64,000 nt of DNA from a virus. The notes under the pieces are model-generated. The model searched no databases. It saw only the letters and a program-made list of their open reading frames with translations, and was not told where the DNA came from. Positions 50,370 through 59,849 of the stretch are shown here, one piece after another. Positions within the stretch are counted from its first letter, which is position 1. Each line of letters opens with the position of its first letter. The stretch lies in IMG/VR virus record IMGVR_UViG_3300042562_001145, positions 5,689 through 69,688 of that record; one strand, 5' to 3'. A program made the translations under genes and the position numbers.

Positions 50370-50681
50370 TTAGTTTAAATTATTCCATTTATCTAGTGGG
50401 CACATATTTTCTGGATCTTGTTGGGAGCTTTTGAATACTAGATTACATCCGCATGATGTACATATAGAATCATCAGTAACACTAACTCTCATAAAAAAGT
50501 TCAAAATCTTATTAATCCTTATTTTAAAAGTATCCAGTAATGTTAGTTGATCTTTGTTATCTGAATTTAGTGGGCATTCTTTACATACACTTAGTCTCTT
50601 TTTTTGCTGCTCTGTTAGATTACCGTTGTGCTCTGCTCTGCTTTTTATTGCAAGGTATGCAATCTTAAAAATATTTCTCAT
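50370..50681 (-). CDS. Small Cys-rich (Zn or Fe-S binding) protein
   Basis: RL.VC..CP...CTSCGC.L..K......CPL.KW. Confidence 0.6.
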   Translation of the reverse strand: MRNIFKIAYLAIKSRAEHNGNLTEQQKKRLSVCKECPLNSDNKDQLTLLDTFKIRINKILNFFMRVSVTDDSICTSCGCNLVFKSSQQDPENMCPLDKWNNLN

Positions 50682-51126
50682 GATCTTCGTTATGTTTTTG
50701 TTCTAATATTTTCCAATTTTTGTAAAAAGATGTTAGGATATTCCTGGGAGCTTCTCCAAATAAACTGTATGTAAGAGTACTTACCATTGGTCTATTAAAG
50801 TTTTTTAAGCTATTCTTTCCTTCTTTGTTGGCTATACTAAGAAGGTAGTTTAATTTACTTCTTATAAATCCAATCTTATCAACACTATTACTTCTAGCTG
50901 CCTGACATCTTCCAAGGTAATAGTTAAATAACATCTTCCCAAAATTAGGAAAATTTATAACAACAATATCACTATTTTTTAATACTGATGATTTAATATA
51001 ACTATTGTTTTGTTTTATAATATCAGCCAAAAGTGCTTTATCTTTACCTGTTTTGGCTGCTAATATTTCGATAATATCCTCTGTGAAATATATTGTCTTA
51101 GGTTTCTTTTTGGAAGAGTAGGACAT
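50665..51126 (-). CDS. HU/IHF-like DNA-binding protein
   Basis: EDIIEILAAKTG...II......IK......VINFPNFGK HU-like pattern. Confidence 0.5.
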   Translation of the reverse strand: MSYSSKKKPKTIYFTEDIIEILAAKTGKDKALLADIIKQNNSYIKSSVLKNSDIVVINFPNFGKMLFNYYLGRCQAARSNSVDKIGFIRSKLNYLLSIANKEGKNSLKNFNRPMVSTLTYSLFGEAPRNILTSFYKNWKILEQKHNEDHEKYF

Positions 51127-51457
51127 AAATTTCTTTTTTATTTGTTATGAAACTCTCTCTAATACTATTCATATCTTGGGATAATTTGCTCATCCTTTGA
51201 TTATTTGGATGTGTTACTAAGTAACCTTTTTCCCTCAAATGGACATCTGCTACTCGGATGTCTCCATCTTTTTTATCAGTATCTTCTTTTATAAACTCTT
51301 TTGTGTCCTTACTATATCCATTTCTTATATAGTAAATTAAGATCAATCTTTCAAAATTTCTAAGTGGTTTATCTTGTGATATTGAGTAAACTCTTAGTAT
51401 CTTGTCAATTATATCAATCTCGTTTTTATACTTGCTTCTTAATGTTGGAAAATTCAC
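51098..51457 (-). CDS. Putative winged-helix DNA-binding protein
   Basis: GTG start after a promoter; ERLILIY...IRV....LREKGYLV wHTH-like pattern. Confidence 0.4.
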   Translation of the reverse strand: MNFPTLRSKYKNEIDIIDKILRVYSISQDKPLRNFERLILIYYIRNGYSKDTKEFIKEDTDKKDGDIRVADVHLREKGYLVTHPNNQRMSKLSQDMNSIRESFITNKKEIYVLLFQKET

Positions 51458-51474
51458 TATCTATATTTTTTTTG

Positions 51475-51516
51475 CAAAGATATAAATAATATTTGAATAC
51501 TACAACATAATTAACA
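51475..51516 (-). promoter_or_regulatory. Bacteroidota-type promoter
   Basis: GTTG (51503-51506), 20-nt spacer, TATCTTTG (51475-51482). Confidence 0.65.
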
Positions 51517-51525
51517 ATTATTTAA

Positions 51526-51807
51526 CTAGAAGTCTTTTATCTCTTTTATATTCTTTATCATAGGCTGGAATCTGAATGTATTAAAAAAGAAAGATTCTAG
51601 CATTCTTGCTATTATTCTGATTGTCATTGGACTATTCATTTGGTACAGCCTGTACAAATCAAAAGTTAGATTACTGATGTAATCATCGTTTGCATCTAGA
51701 TAAGATGTTGAAATAACTTTCTCCGAAATATCTTCCCAGACTAGATCGTAGAATTCTTCGTATGTTAATTCCTGAAAATCGGAATATGTAAAATCTTTTG
51801 TTGACAT
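51526..51807 (-). CDS. Hypothetical protein, first gene of the structural arm
   Basis: 93-aa ORF with upstream promoter. Confidence 0.6.
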   Translation of the reverse strand: MSTKDFTYSDFQELTYEEFYDLVWEDISEKVISTSYLDANDDYISNLTFDLYRLYQMNSPMTIRIIARMLESFFFNTFRFQPMIKNIKEIKDF

Positions 51808-51831
51808 TATTATATGGTTTTATTATTTGTG

Positions 51832-51971
51832 CAAAGATACAAATTATATTTAACTAAACCAAAAATGTTAAATAAATAATTAACTAATTTGGATAATATT
51901 ATTTTTATTTGTAAATTTGCAAAAATAAATTACAAATGTCTTGCATAAGTAATATATTTGTTGTAATTTTG
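51832..51971. promoter_or_regulatory. Divergent promoter cluster at the strand switch
   Basis: Minus: TTTG 51860-51863, N20, TATCTTTG 51832-51839. Plus: TTTG 51888-51891, N20, TAAATTTG 51912-51919; and CTTG 51940-51943, N20, TAATTTTG 51964-51971. Confidence 0.75.
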
Positions 51972-51990
51972 CAGACTTAAATAATATAAT

Positions 51991-52330
51991 AGCGTGAGGC
52001 TACCTGAAAAGGTTCACGTTGCGGTGTAAAAACCTAAGCTAAATGGAAGAGGGCATTACTTTTGTAATGAAGACCGCCAGAGCATGGCTGTTTTATGATT
52101 TCAGCCAACGTTACGCAAGTAGTTAATTAAGTAAATAATATTGACGAATAAGCAATAGGTCTTTCAGTAACAAAACAAAAAATCTACAGTTGGTCTTTGG
52201 ATTCGGTGTTTTTCCGCAACTGGTTCTCCTTCTTCTTTTACTTTAATTAGTAAGAGGGGGAGGGGGGTGTTCTTCCACTAGCCACCAGTAGCACCATAGA
52301 AGAGCTGTCAAAACCACACCAGCCTCAAGA
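51991..52330 (+). ncRNA. Candidate structured noncoding RNA (about 300-340 nt)
   Basis: No ORF of 60 aa or more, GC-richer than flanks, directly after two plus-strand promoters. Multiple stems including a GAAA-tetraloop hairpin (51991-52020). Confidence 0.5.
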
Positions 52331-52384
52331 AAACAGCAAAACCTAAAAATAAAAGCAATTATCTCTGAAATAAACGGTTAACCC

Positions 52385-52416
52385 CTTGTATATATGGAAT
52401 ATAATTTGTACCTTTG
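52385..52416 (+). promoter_or_regulatory. Bacteroidota-type promoter for the helicase
   Basis: CTTG 52385-52388, N20, TACCTTTG 52409-52416. Confidence 0.65.
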
Positions 52417-52434
52417 CAAAAAGATAACAGTAAT

Positions 52435-53820
52435 ATGTATAAATTAAGAAATTACCAGAGCGACTCAGTGCTAAAAGGCGTGGAGATATTAAACAGTACT
52501 ACTTCTAGAAGAGAGCTACTAGTATTGCCAACTGGTGCAGGTAAGTCAATTGTAATTGCAGAAATAGTAAAACAAATATCAGATCCTGTAGTAGTATTAC
52601 AGCCATCAAAAGAATTACTCGAACAGAACTATCAAAAGTTTATTAATGTTGGAGGAGAAGCTACAATATACTCTGCATCTGCCGGAATTAAAGAAATCAG
52701 TCACGTGACCTTTGCAACAATAGGGTCTATAAAAAAAGAAGTAGAAAATCTAAAAAAGCTAGGAAAAGTAAAAGTTATTATTGACGAAGCACATATAGGT
52801 GTAAAATCAGATTCACAATTACGTAATTTTTTAAAAGACCTAGGAGTAAAAAATACTCTAGGTTTGACAGCAACACCTTTTATATTGGCTAGCTCTATGA
52901 ATGGTGCCGAACTAAAGATGTTAACAAAGATTAAAGGTAAGCTTTTTACAAATATTGCATACGTACATCAGATAGGTAATATGTTAGAAGACGGCCATTG
53001 GACACCTATAGATTATAAAATAATCCAACAGGACGATGATTTTTTAGAAGTTAATTCCTCAGGCTCTGATTATACAGAAGACAGTATGAGACGTTTCTAC
53101 GAAGGAAATGATTTACAGACACAGATTGTAGACAATATTAATAACTGTCTGTCTAATGGATCAAAATCCATACTGGTGTTTGTCCCTACAATACAAGAAG
53201 CTGATCAAATTAGTAAAAAGATACCTGGTGCACAATCAGTAAGTTCATTGACACCAAAAAAAGAAAGGGACACAATAATTAACTCTTTCAAAAATAGAGA
53301 TACACATGTAGTTATAAATGTAGGAATCTTGACAACTGGCTTTGATTACCCAGAACTAGATACAATCATACTTGGTAGATCAACAATGTCTTTTGCTTTA
53401 TATTATCAAATGGTAGGTAGAGGTGTTAGAATACATGACAATAAAACAAAAACTGAAGTTATTGACCTTAGTGAAAATTTTAGTAGATTTGGAAAAGTTG
53501 AAGAATTTACCATAGAATTTTTAGAAGGGTATGGCTGGGGATTGTTTAAAGGAGAAAGTTTAATAAGCAACTATCCTATAGAAGCCAAGCATAGACCACA
53601 GAAAAAGAATCTTATAAAGAAACCAACTCCAAACATTGCCACAACAGTTAGCACAGTAGGAGAAAGCAAGATGCCATTTGGTAAGTTTAAAGATAAAACT
53701 ATTGCCAATGTTTATAAAGAGGATAAGAACTATTTAGTTTGGGTGTATGAGAACGTAAAATTCTACCCAAATCAAAAATGGCTGAAGTCTGAAATTGGAA
53801 CTATGTTAAAGGTTTCTTAA
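52435..53820 (+). CDS. SF2 DEAH-box helicase (RadD/UvsW-like) with C-terminal FGK domain
   Basis: LRNYQ, LPTGAGKS, IIDEAH, GLTATP, LTTGFDYP, QMVGRG.R; C-terminal MPFGKFK...YL.W. Likely ATG at 52435. Confidence 0.9.
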   Translation: MYKLRNYQSDSVLKGVEILNSTTSRRELLVLPTGAGKSIVIAEIVKQISDPVVVLQPSKELLEQNYQKFINVGGEATIYSASAGIKEISHVTFATIGSIKKEVENLKKLGKVKVIIDEAHIGVKSDSQLRNFLKDLGVKNTLGLTATPFILASSMNGAELKMLTKIKGKLFTNIAYVHQIGNMLEDGHWTPIDYKIIQQDDDFLEVNSSGSDYTEDSMRRFYEGNDLQTQIVDNINNCLSNGSKSILVFVPTIQEADQISKKIPGAQSVSSLTPKKERDTIINSFKNRDTHVVINVGILTTGFDYPELDTIILGRSTMSFALYYQMVGRGVRIHDNKTKTEVIDLSENFSRFGKVEEFTIEFLEGYGWGLFKGESLISNYPIEAKHRPQKKNLIKKPTPNIATTVSTVGESKMPFGKFKDKTIANVYKEDKNYLVWVYENVKFYPNQKWLKSEIGTMLKVS

Positions 53821-53823
53821 ATA

Positions 53824-53855
53824 GTTGTATAATAAAAAAAGAATTTGTACCTTTG
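53824..53855 (+). promoter_or_regulatory. Bacteroidota-type promoter for recA
   Basis: GTTG 53824-53827, N20, TACCTTTG 53848-53855. Confidence 0.65.
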
Positions 53856-53875
53856 TAAAAAATAATAAGATAAAT

Positions 53876-54859
53876 ATGGCAGAAGAAAAAGACACTTTGT
53901 TAGATGTACTAGCAAGTATGGATAAAAGATTTGGTAAAGGAGCAGTTATTGTAGGTGATACCGTTATACAGACTGAGCGACAAGGTACCGGATCACTAGG
54001 GGTTGACATTATTACTGGCGGTGGATATGGAAAAGGAAGAATGGTTGAGATCTATGGACCAGAGAGTTCTGGAAAAACAACTCTTTGTATCCACACAATG
54101 ATACAAGCACAAAAAGATAATCCTGAGAAAAGAGTAGCTTTTATTGATGCCGAACATGCATTCGATAGAAAGTATGCTGAACATTTAGGATTAGATATGT
54201 CACAAGTTATTATCTCACAACCAGACAGTGGTGAACAAGCCTTAGAGATTGCGGAAGCTTTGATTGGATCAGGAAAAATTTCAGTATGTGTCATTGACTC
54301 AGTCGCAGCCCTTACACCAAAAGCAGAAATTGAAGGTGAGATGGGAGATTCTAAAATGGGTCTTCACGCAAGACTTATGTCACAAGCTTGTAGAAAACTA
54401 ACAGGAGTTGTTAGCAAAACAAATACTGTACTACTTTGGACAAATCAAATAAGAATGAAAATTGGAGTGATGTTTGGTAGCCCAGAAACAGTTCCTGGAG
54501 GAGAAGCTCTCAAATTTTATGCATCAACTAGAATTGATATTCGCAAGTCTAAAGGAGATGATGACAAAGATGGAAACAGGGTTAATAGCCATGTCACTTT
54601 GAAGACTATCAAAAATAAGCTAGCAGCACCTTTCCAAGTTACTAAATTTGATATTATTTTTGGAGAAGGTATCGACAAAGCTAGTGAGATATTAGCTATA
54701 GGTGAGGATATTGGTATTATCAAAAAAGGAGGTTCATGGTTTAGCTATGGCGACACTAAATTAGGACAAGGAGCCAGTAATGTAAAAGATCTTTTGAGAG
54801 ATAATCCAGAACTATCTGATGAAATTGAATTAAAGATTAGGCAACACTTCAATATCTAA
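53876..54859 (+). CDS. recA: RecA recombinase
   Basis: [66 protein letters not shown]. Confidence 0.97.
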   Translation: MAEEKDTLLDVLASMDKRFGKGAVIVGDTVIQTERQGTGSLGVDIITGGGYGKGRMVEIYGPESSGKTTLCIHTMIQAQKDNPEKRVAFIDAEHAFDRKYAEHLGLDMSQVIISQPDSGEQALEIAEALIGSGKISVCVIDSVAALTPKAEIEGEMGDSKMGLHARLMSQACRKLTGVVSKTNTVLLWTNQIRMKIGVMFGSPETVPGGEALKFYASTRIDIRKSKGDDDKDGNRVNSHVTLKTIKNKLAAPFQVTKFDIIFGEGIDKASEILAIGEDIGIIKKGGSWFSYGDTKLGQGASNVKDLLRDNPELSDEIELKIRQHFNI

Positions 54860-54861
54860 TT

Positions 54862-55323
54862 ATGGCAGTACATGGTTGGATATACCAAGGTCACGATATT
54901 AATAGCATAACAGACATGCATAGACATTTCCCCAAAGTTTGGGGATTTGTTTATCAATTAAAATTATGTAAGAAGGGGACCAACACGGTGGAGTTTGAGT
55001 ACATAGGAAAAAAGAATGTGTATACAAAAAGAAAAAGAGTATTCGGAAAGAAAGAAACAGAGGCTCTTGGAGATAAGCGTAAGAAGAATTATGAACATAT
55101 CATAAAGGAGGGTGATTGGAAAAGCTATGTTTCTAGTAATAAATTTATAAAAGCTAACTATACAAAGTTTGATATTTTTAGAGAGATCTTGATGTTCTCT
55201 GGTAATGATAATGACTTGACTTATAAGGAAGCAAAAGAAATTATATGCTCAGGAGCACTAGAAGATTGTAGATTTTTAAACGATGGAGTATCCATTCGTA
55301 GATTTGGTAAAAAAGTAATTTAA
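54862..55323 (+). CDS. GIY-YIG-like (Seg-type) endonuclease family protein
   Basis: GFVY...YIGKK...DWKSY.SS...F.REIL......LTY.E pattern. Confidence 0.6.
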   Translation: MAVHGWIYQGHDINSITDMHRHFPKVWGFVYQLKLCKKGTNTVEFEYIGKKNVYTKRKRVFGKKETEALGDKRKKNYEHIIKEGDWKSYVSSNKFIKANYTKFDIFREILMFSGNDNDLTYKEAKEIICSGALEDCRFLNDGVSIRRFGKKVI

Positions 55324-55327
55324 AAAA

Positions 55328-55359
55328 TTAGGTATAATGAAAAAATTGTTGTATCTTTG
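55328..55359 (+). promoter_or_regulatory. Bacteroidota-type promoter for phoH
   Basis: TATCTTTG 55352-55359 with a degenerate -33 element (TTAG). Confidence 0.55.
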
Positions 55360-55379
55360 CAAAGAATTAAAATAAGCGT

Positions 55380-56027
55380 ATGAAAGAGCCCAATAGAGTT
55401 AGGAAATCGGAGATTAAATATCAGGTTACATTAAACGAAGAGCAAAAAGAAGCCAAGCAACTCATAATTGACAATCAAATTGTTATTGTTACAGGCAGGG
55501 CAGGTAGTGGTAAATCATTGATATGTGCTCAAACAGCATTAGATTTCTTGATGAAAAAACAATGCGAACACATATTAGTAACAAGAGCTGCTGTTGAAGT
55601 AGGAGCATCTTTAGGGTTTTTGCCAGGAGATTTGAAAGATAAGTTTGACCCATACTTGGAAGCGTTTCAAGAAAACTTAGCCAAGTGCTATGATAGCGTT
55701 AAAATTCTAGAGCTTATTAAACTAAGCAAGATCAAAGCCTTACCTGTGCAGTTTATTAGAGGAAAGACAGTAGATGATGTTCTTGTTGTTGAAGAGGCCC
55801 AGAACCTTACTAAAGCAGAGATGCTAGCTATCTTGACTAGACTAGGTAAAACCGGAAAGATCATCATAAACGGTGATAATGAACAAAAGGATATTCGTGA
55901 CGAATACAATGGGTTGTCTTATGTGATTGAGTTGTCTAAAAAGATTGAAGAAATCAAATGGATAAAGCTTAAAACAAATCACCGATCAGATATTGTTGGA
56001 AAAATATTAGACTACGAGTACAATTAA
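55380..56027 (+). CDS. phoH: PhoH family ATPase
   Basis: LNEEQK, GRAGSGKS, LGFLPGDLKDK.DPY, FIRGKT, EEAQN, LTRLG, NGD..Q.D, HRS. Confidence 0.93.
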   Translation: MKEPNRVRKSEIKYQVTLNEEQKEAKQLIIDNQIVIVTGRAGSGKSLICAQTALDFLMKKQCEHILVTRAAVEVGASLGFLPGDLKDKFDPYLEAFQENLAKCYDSVKILELIKLSKIKALPVQFIRGKTVDDVLVVEEAQNLTKAEMLAILTRLGKTGKIIINGDNEQKDIRDEYNGLSYVIELSKKIEEIKWIKLKTNHRSDIVGKILDYEYN

Positions 56028-56039
56028 ATTAAAAAATAT

Positions 56040-56070
56040 TTTGCAGATCCAATTATTTGTTGTACCTTTG
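56040..56070 (+). promoter_or_regulatory. Bacteroidota-type promoter
   Basis: TTTG 56040-56043, N19, TACCTTTG 56063-56070. Confidence 0.7.
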
Positions 56071-56090
56071 CAAAGAATTAAAAAAGAAGC

Positions 56091-56681
56091 ATGAGCGAAA
56101 GAGTAGGAATTAAGTATTACCTAAATGGTGATCAAGTAGAAAAAGATAGTATTAATTGGGGTGTCGATCATACGATTAGAGTTATAGGGGATTGTGCCTA
56201 TGTAACAACAAAGGTACCAGGTTTTTTAGCCACCCGTCATAAAGCTAAATCGGAGCAAGACTTACACACAAACACAAAAGAAAAAATAGTGACGGATGAT
56301 TTTATTACCGTTACAGTTGTGACCTCTAGGGTAAAGGAGACAGTAAAGACTAAGCTTATAGAGGCGACAAAAAAAGCTAAGATTCGCCCAAAGAAGAAAG
56401 ACTCTTTAGGAAATACTCCAGAGTTTTATAAGGAGCTTGGGATAGACCCACCTGAAGACTTTAAAGAAGATCTCGAAAGTGAGATCTTTGAAATCAGAAA
56501 AAGTGACTACGAAATAGATGAGAAAAACTCCAAGATTAGGCATAAACTAATTGAGTTCATGGTTGATAATGAGGATTTTGGAAGCACCTTATACGTAGGT
56601 AAAGATTTCACAGTAACAGTAAAAGAAACAGTTGAAGAAGTAGAAAGTAAAATTAAAAAAAGTAAAAATGGCGTTAAGTAA
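56091..56681 (+). CDS. Hypothetical protein
   Basis: 196-aa ORF after a promoter; C-terminal ST.......TVKETVEEV..KI short motif. Confidence 0.6.
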   Translation: MSERVGIKYYLNGDQVEKDSINWGVDHTIRVIGDCAYVTTKVPGFLATRHKAKSEQDLHTNTKEKIVTDDFITVTVVTSRVKETVKTKLIEATKKAKIRPKKKDSLGNTPEFYKELGIDPPEDFKEDLESEIFEIRKSDYEIDEKNSKIRHKLIEFMVDNEDFGSTLYVGKDFTVTVKETVEEVESKIKKSKNGVK

Positions 56682-57408
56682 AAATTATTTGCAGTTAGAG
56701 TTTGGTTCAGGGAAATTTTTTGAATACTCTAAAGAGGAGAAAGATGGTTATGTAAAACATACCTCAACAAAAGGAAATGTTAGTTGGAGAAAGTATGCTG
56801 ACGAAGGTGTTACAGGAACACTAGAATCTGTATCAATCTACGATGGCAAATTTGGCCAACAGATTTCCCTAAACATCAGAGAAGGAGAAGAGATCTACTA
56901 TGTACCGATTGACATATATGACCAATCAAAACAAGTGGACAATACTTATGCAGAGAGTTTGATTAAGTTGTTGCCTCAACTTGAAAAAGGGCAGAACATT
57001 ACAATTACAGGTTACAATTTTAAGCCAGATGACAGCCCATATTCAAGGATTGGTATTTCGGTAAAAGTTAGTGGTGAGAAATTAAAATCTAATATCATAA
57101 ACAGTTACTACAACAAAAAAGGAGAATTGATTCCGGGAGATATTCCACCAATTATTTGGGTAGAAAAATTAGGAAAGAAAAAACCATCGGCAGCATCTAT
57201 TGAAGCAAAAGATGAATATCTTTTAGACTTACTTGTCCAACATGAAGCTAGACTAACTTGGAAAAAAGAAGATAACAACACTGAATCAGCTAGAGCAGAG
57301 GCCCCTAAGGAGGCAAAACCAACACCTACCCCTACAGCAGAGGAAGCTTTTGGAACTCCAGAATTACCGAGCACTACCGATGATGAAGATGATGATTTAC
57401 CATTTTAA
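56668..57408 (+). CDS. Putative single-stranded DNA-binding protein
   Basis: Beta-rich core, Pro/Ala linker and acidic tail ending DDEDDDLPF. Confidence 0.6.
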   Translation: MALSKNYLQLEFGSGKFFEYSKEEKDGYVKHTSTKGNVSWRKYADEGVTGTLESVSIYDGKFGQQISLNIREGEEIYYVPIDIYDQSKQVDNTYAESLIKLLPQLEKGQNITITGYNFKPDDSPYSRIGISVKVSGEKLKSNIINSYYNKKGELIPGDIPPIIWVEKLGKKKPSAASIEAKDEYLLDLLVQHEARLTWKKEDNNTESARAEAPKEAKPTPTPTAEEAFGTPELPSTTDDEDDDLPF

Positions 57409-57431
57409 TAATAACTAACAATAATAGACAA

Positions 57432-57857
57432 ATGCAAGAAGAAGTAAAAAACCCATTAGAATACGGATACTTAGGAGACGAGAGAGTAGAGATGACAGCA
57501 AAAGAATTTATGCAATTAAAAAATGCTGTTGAACAAGGAATCAATGCAACATTAGAGAGCTTTCTACCAGAGGTTCTAAGATATGTAAACAGAGAAACAT
57601 CAGAGATTGTATTAGATCCTTCACAAGAAGATATTGCAGCAGGAAAAGTTGTTACAGTAACCGATAGAGAGGCAACGTTTAACCCAGCCAATGTGAAGTA
57701 TCACTATAACACAAAGTTATCACCAGATATGATAAAAGGACAGCAATTAATCATGGAGATTCATGAAAGAAATGTTGAAACCGGTGTTGCTAAGAGTATC
57801 GCAGAATTGGAAGCATTAAGTGCTGCTAATACCCCAGCAAATGGAGGACAAGAATAA
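57432..57857 (+). CDS. Hypothetical protein
   Basis: 141-aa ORF in operon. Confidence 0.6.
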   Translation: MQEEVKNPLEYGYLGDERVEMTAKEFMQLKNAVEQGINATLESFLPEVLRYVNRETSEIVLDPSQEDIAAGKVVTVTDREATFNPANVKYHYNTKLSPDMIKGQQLIMEIHERNVETGVAKSIAELEALSAANTPANGGQE

Positions 57858-58164
57858 AGAAATACTTGAAGCAGTTGCGATACAAAGATTAAAACTGGCC
57901 AAGAAAGCATTAGGAGGGATATGTACTTATCTCTCCTTTTCAACTGAAAAATCACTTAATCCCGAAACAGGAAATGTAGAATCATACGAAGCTTTTAATG
58001 CGGTTATGAGAAATGATGCAGGAGGTAAGGATAGAGTTATTATTGGTATTGGAAAACCTATACATGAATTAGAGACAGGGGATTTTGAAGACCTTATTAT
58101 TAACTTAATGACAAAAGCTTATGCAGGAGAGGGAGATAGTGAAACAACAGTACCTGGCATTTAA
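57841..58164 (+). CDS. Hypothetical protein
   Basis: Likely start MEDKNK at 57841. Confidence 0.55.
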   Translation: MEDKNKEILEAVAIQRLKLAKKALGGICTYLSFSTEKSLNPETGNVESYEAFNAVMRNDAGGKDRVIIGIGKPIHELETGDFEDLIINLMTKAYAGEGDSETTVPGI

Positions 58165-58294
58165 AGAAAGCGGAGATTTAAAAATGTTGTTCCCAGGAAT
58201 GTCTGGAGACTGGGAGAAAGATAAAAAAAGATTCACCCTAATATGGGAAGATAGCCAAAGATTACTAGACGAGGCAGAAAAAGATGATTACTAA
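58139..58294 (+). CDS. Small hypothetical protein (51 aa), below the ORF-track cutoff
   Basis: GTG start; MKQQYLAFKESGDLKMLFPGMSGDWEKDKKRFTLIWEDSQRLLDEAEKDDY fills the gap before groEL. Confidence 0.55.
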   Translation: MKQQYLAFKESGDLKMLFPGMSGDWEKDKKRFTLIWEDSQRLLDEAEKDDY

Positions 58295-58306
58295 AAAGAA
58301 ACAAAA

Positions 58307-59848
58307 ATGTTAAAGACAGGAATAGAAGCCAAAGAGGCATTGATAAATGGAGTGAACGCAATTGCAAATGCAGTTAAAGTTACCATGGGTGCCGAAGGGA
58401 AGACAGTCATCATCAGAAATAAAATGGGGTTCAAGCCGCATGTTACTAAGGATGGTGTCACTGTGGCAGAGAGTATAGATTTAGAGGATGAGTTTGAAGA
58501 ACTTGGTGCTAAATTTATCAAAGAATCAGCACGTAGGACAGTAGATTTAGTTGGTGACGGTACCACAACGGCCACGGTTATTACCCAAGACCTTGTAAAT
58601 AAAGGCTTTGAAAAACTTAGTGATGGACATTCACATGTTGATCTAAGAGAAGGTATGGAACTAGGGTTAGCAGATATAAAGGCAGCACTAAAGTCTTTAA
58701 AAAAGAATGTAGGAGAGCAAGAAGTATTTCAGATCGCTACCGTATCAGCCAATAATGACGAGGAAATTGGAAAATTGATTGCTGATATGTATAACAAGAT
58801 CGGTATTGATGGAACAGTTGACGTACAAGAGGGTGTTACCAAGGATACCAAAGTATCTTATGTAGAAGGTATGTCATTAGATAGAGGTTGGTCATTGCCG
58901 ATGTTTATCACAGAAAGCTCTACACAAACAGTAGAGTTAGAAGATGCCTACATCATGATTATTGACGGTAAGATTAGTTCAGTAACAGAAATCTCCGAGA
59001 CAGTTCGTAAGATACAAGCAGAGGGCAAAGCGTTATTGATTTTTGCAGAAGACGTAGATGAAGGAGTAATGACCATGTTGGTTAAGAGCAAATTACAAGG
59101 TACACTAAGAGTATCTGTTAGTATGAATCCAGATTTTGGAGAAAACAAAACTAACATCTTAGAAGATCTTGCAATATTTACTGGTGCCAAAGTATTCTCA
59201 CCAAAGTTCTCTAAGAGTATTGAACTAGGATTTGCAAAAAAGATAATCTCAGACAGATCTAGAACCGTTGTAATTGTAGAAGATTCTAAATCTCAGCCAA
59301 TCATAGAAAGAACAGAATTAATAAAAAGCCAAATCGTTGAAACAGAAGATATTGGTAATTTATCAAAACTTAACAAAAGATTGTCTAACTTACAGAATAC
59401 AGTAGCAGTAGTTACCGTTGGTGGTGTTACCGGAATGGAAGTCAAAGAGAAAAAAGATAGAATTGATGATGCAGTAAGTGCAGTTAAGTCAGCATTAGAA
59501 GGAGGTTTTGTTTCTGGAGGAGGATCTACTTTATTGTTTATCTCTCGTTACAAAATGAGAAGAAAATTGAAAGGTGGACAAAAAGAAGGGTATAATGTAA
59601 TGAAAGCAGCTATCCAAAAACCATTTGAACAGATCTTGATTAATGCCGGATTAGAGAAATCTCAATTTGCACCAAAGGTCACAAAGTATGGTAAGGGAGT
59701 TAACGTTAAGACTCGCAGAGTTGAGAATTTATTACAAAAAGGGATCATAGATTCTGCAAAAGTAGTAGAAGTTTCCTTGGAGAACGCAAATTCAATTGCA
59801 TGTTTAATCCTACAAACTGAATGTTTAATTATAGATGGAGGATTATAG
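58307..59848 (+). CDS. groEL: Phage chaperonin GroEL
   Basis: ANAVKVTMG, TKDGVTVA, GDGTTTA, IATVSAN, EGM.LDRG, EKKDRIDDA.SA..SALE.G.V.GGG, GIIDS.KV. Confidence 0.95.
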   Translation: MLKTGIEAKEALINGVNAIANAVKVTMGAEGKTVIIRNKMGFKPHVTKDGVTVAESIDLEDEFEELGAKFIKESARRTVDLVGDGTTTATVITQDLVNKGFEKLSDGHSHVDLREGMELGLADIKAALKSLKKNVGEQEVFQIATVSANNDEEIGKLIADMYNKIGIDGTVDVQEGVTKDTKVSYVEGMSLDRGWSLPMFITESSTQTVELEDAYIMIIDGKISSVTEISETVRKIQAEGKALLIFAEDVDEGVMTMLVKSKLQGTLRVSVSMNPDFGENKTNILEDLAIFTGAKVFSPKFSKSIELGFAKKIISDRSRTVVIVEDSKSQPIIERTELIKSQIVETEDIGNLSKLNKRLSNLQNTVAVVTVGGVTGMEVKEKKDRIDDAVSAVKSALEGGFVSGGGSTLLFISRYKMRRKLKGGQKEGYNVMKAAIQKPFEQILINAGLEKSQFAPKVTKYGKGVNVKTRRVENLLQKGIIDSAKVVEVSLENANSIACLILQTECLIIDGGL

Positions 59849-59849
59849 T

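Noticed and set aside
52435-59848. Bacterial chromosomal origin of the recA/phoH/groEL segment (prophage boundary or chimera)
   Set aside because: The genes are interleaved with phage-type hypotheticals, share the same promoters and composition, GroEL is divergent, and no integrase or att site is visible
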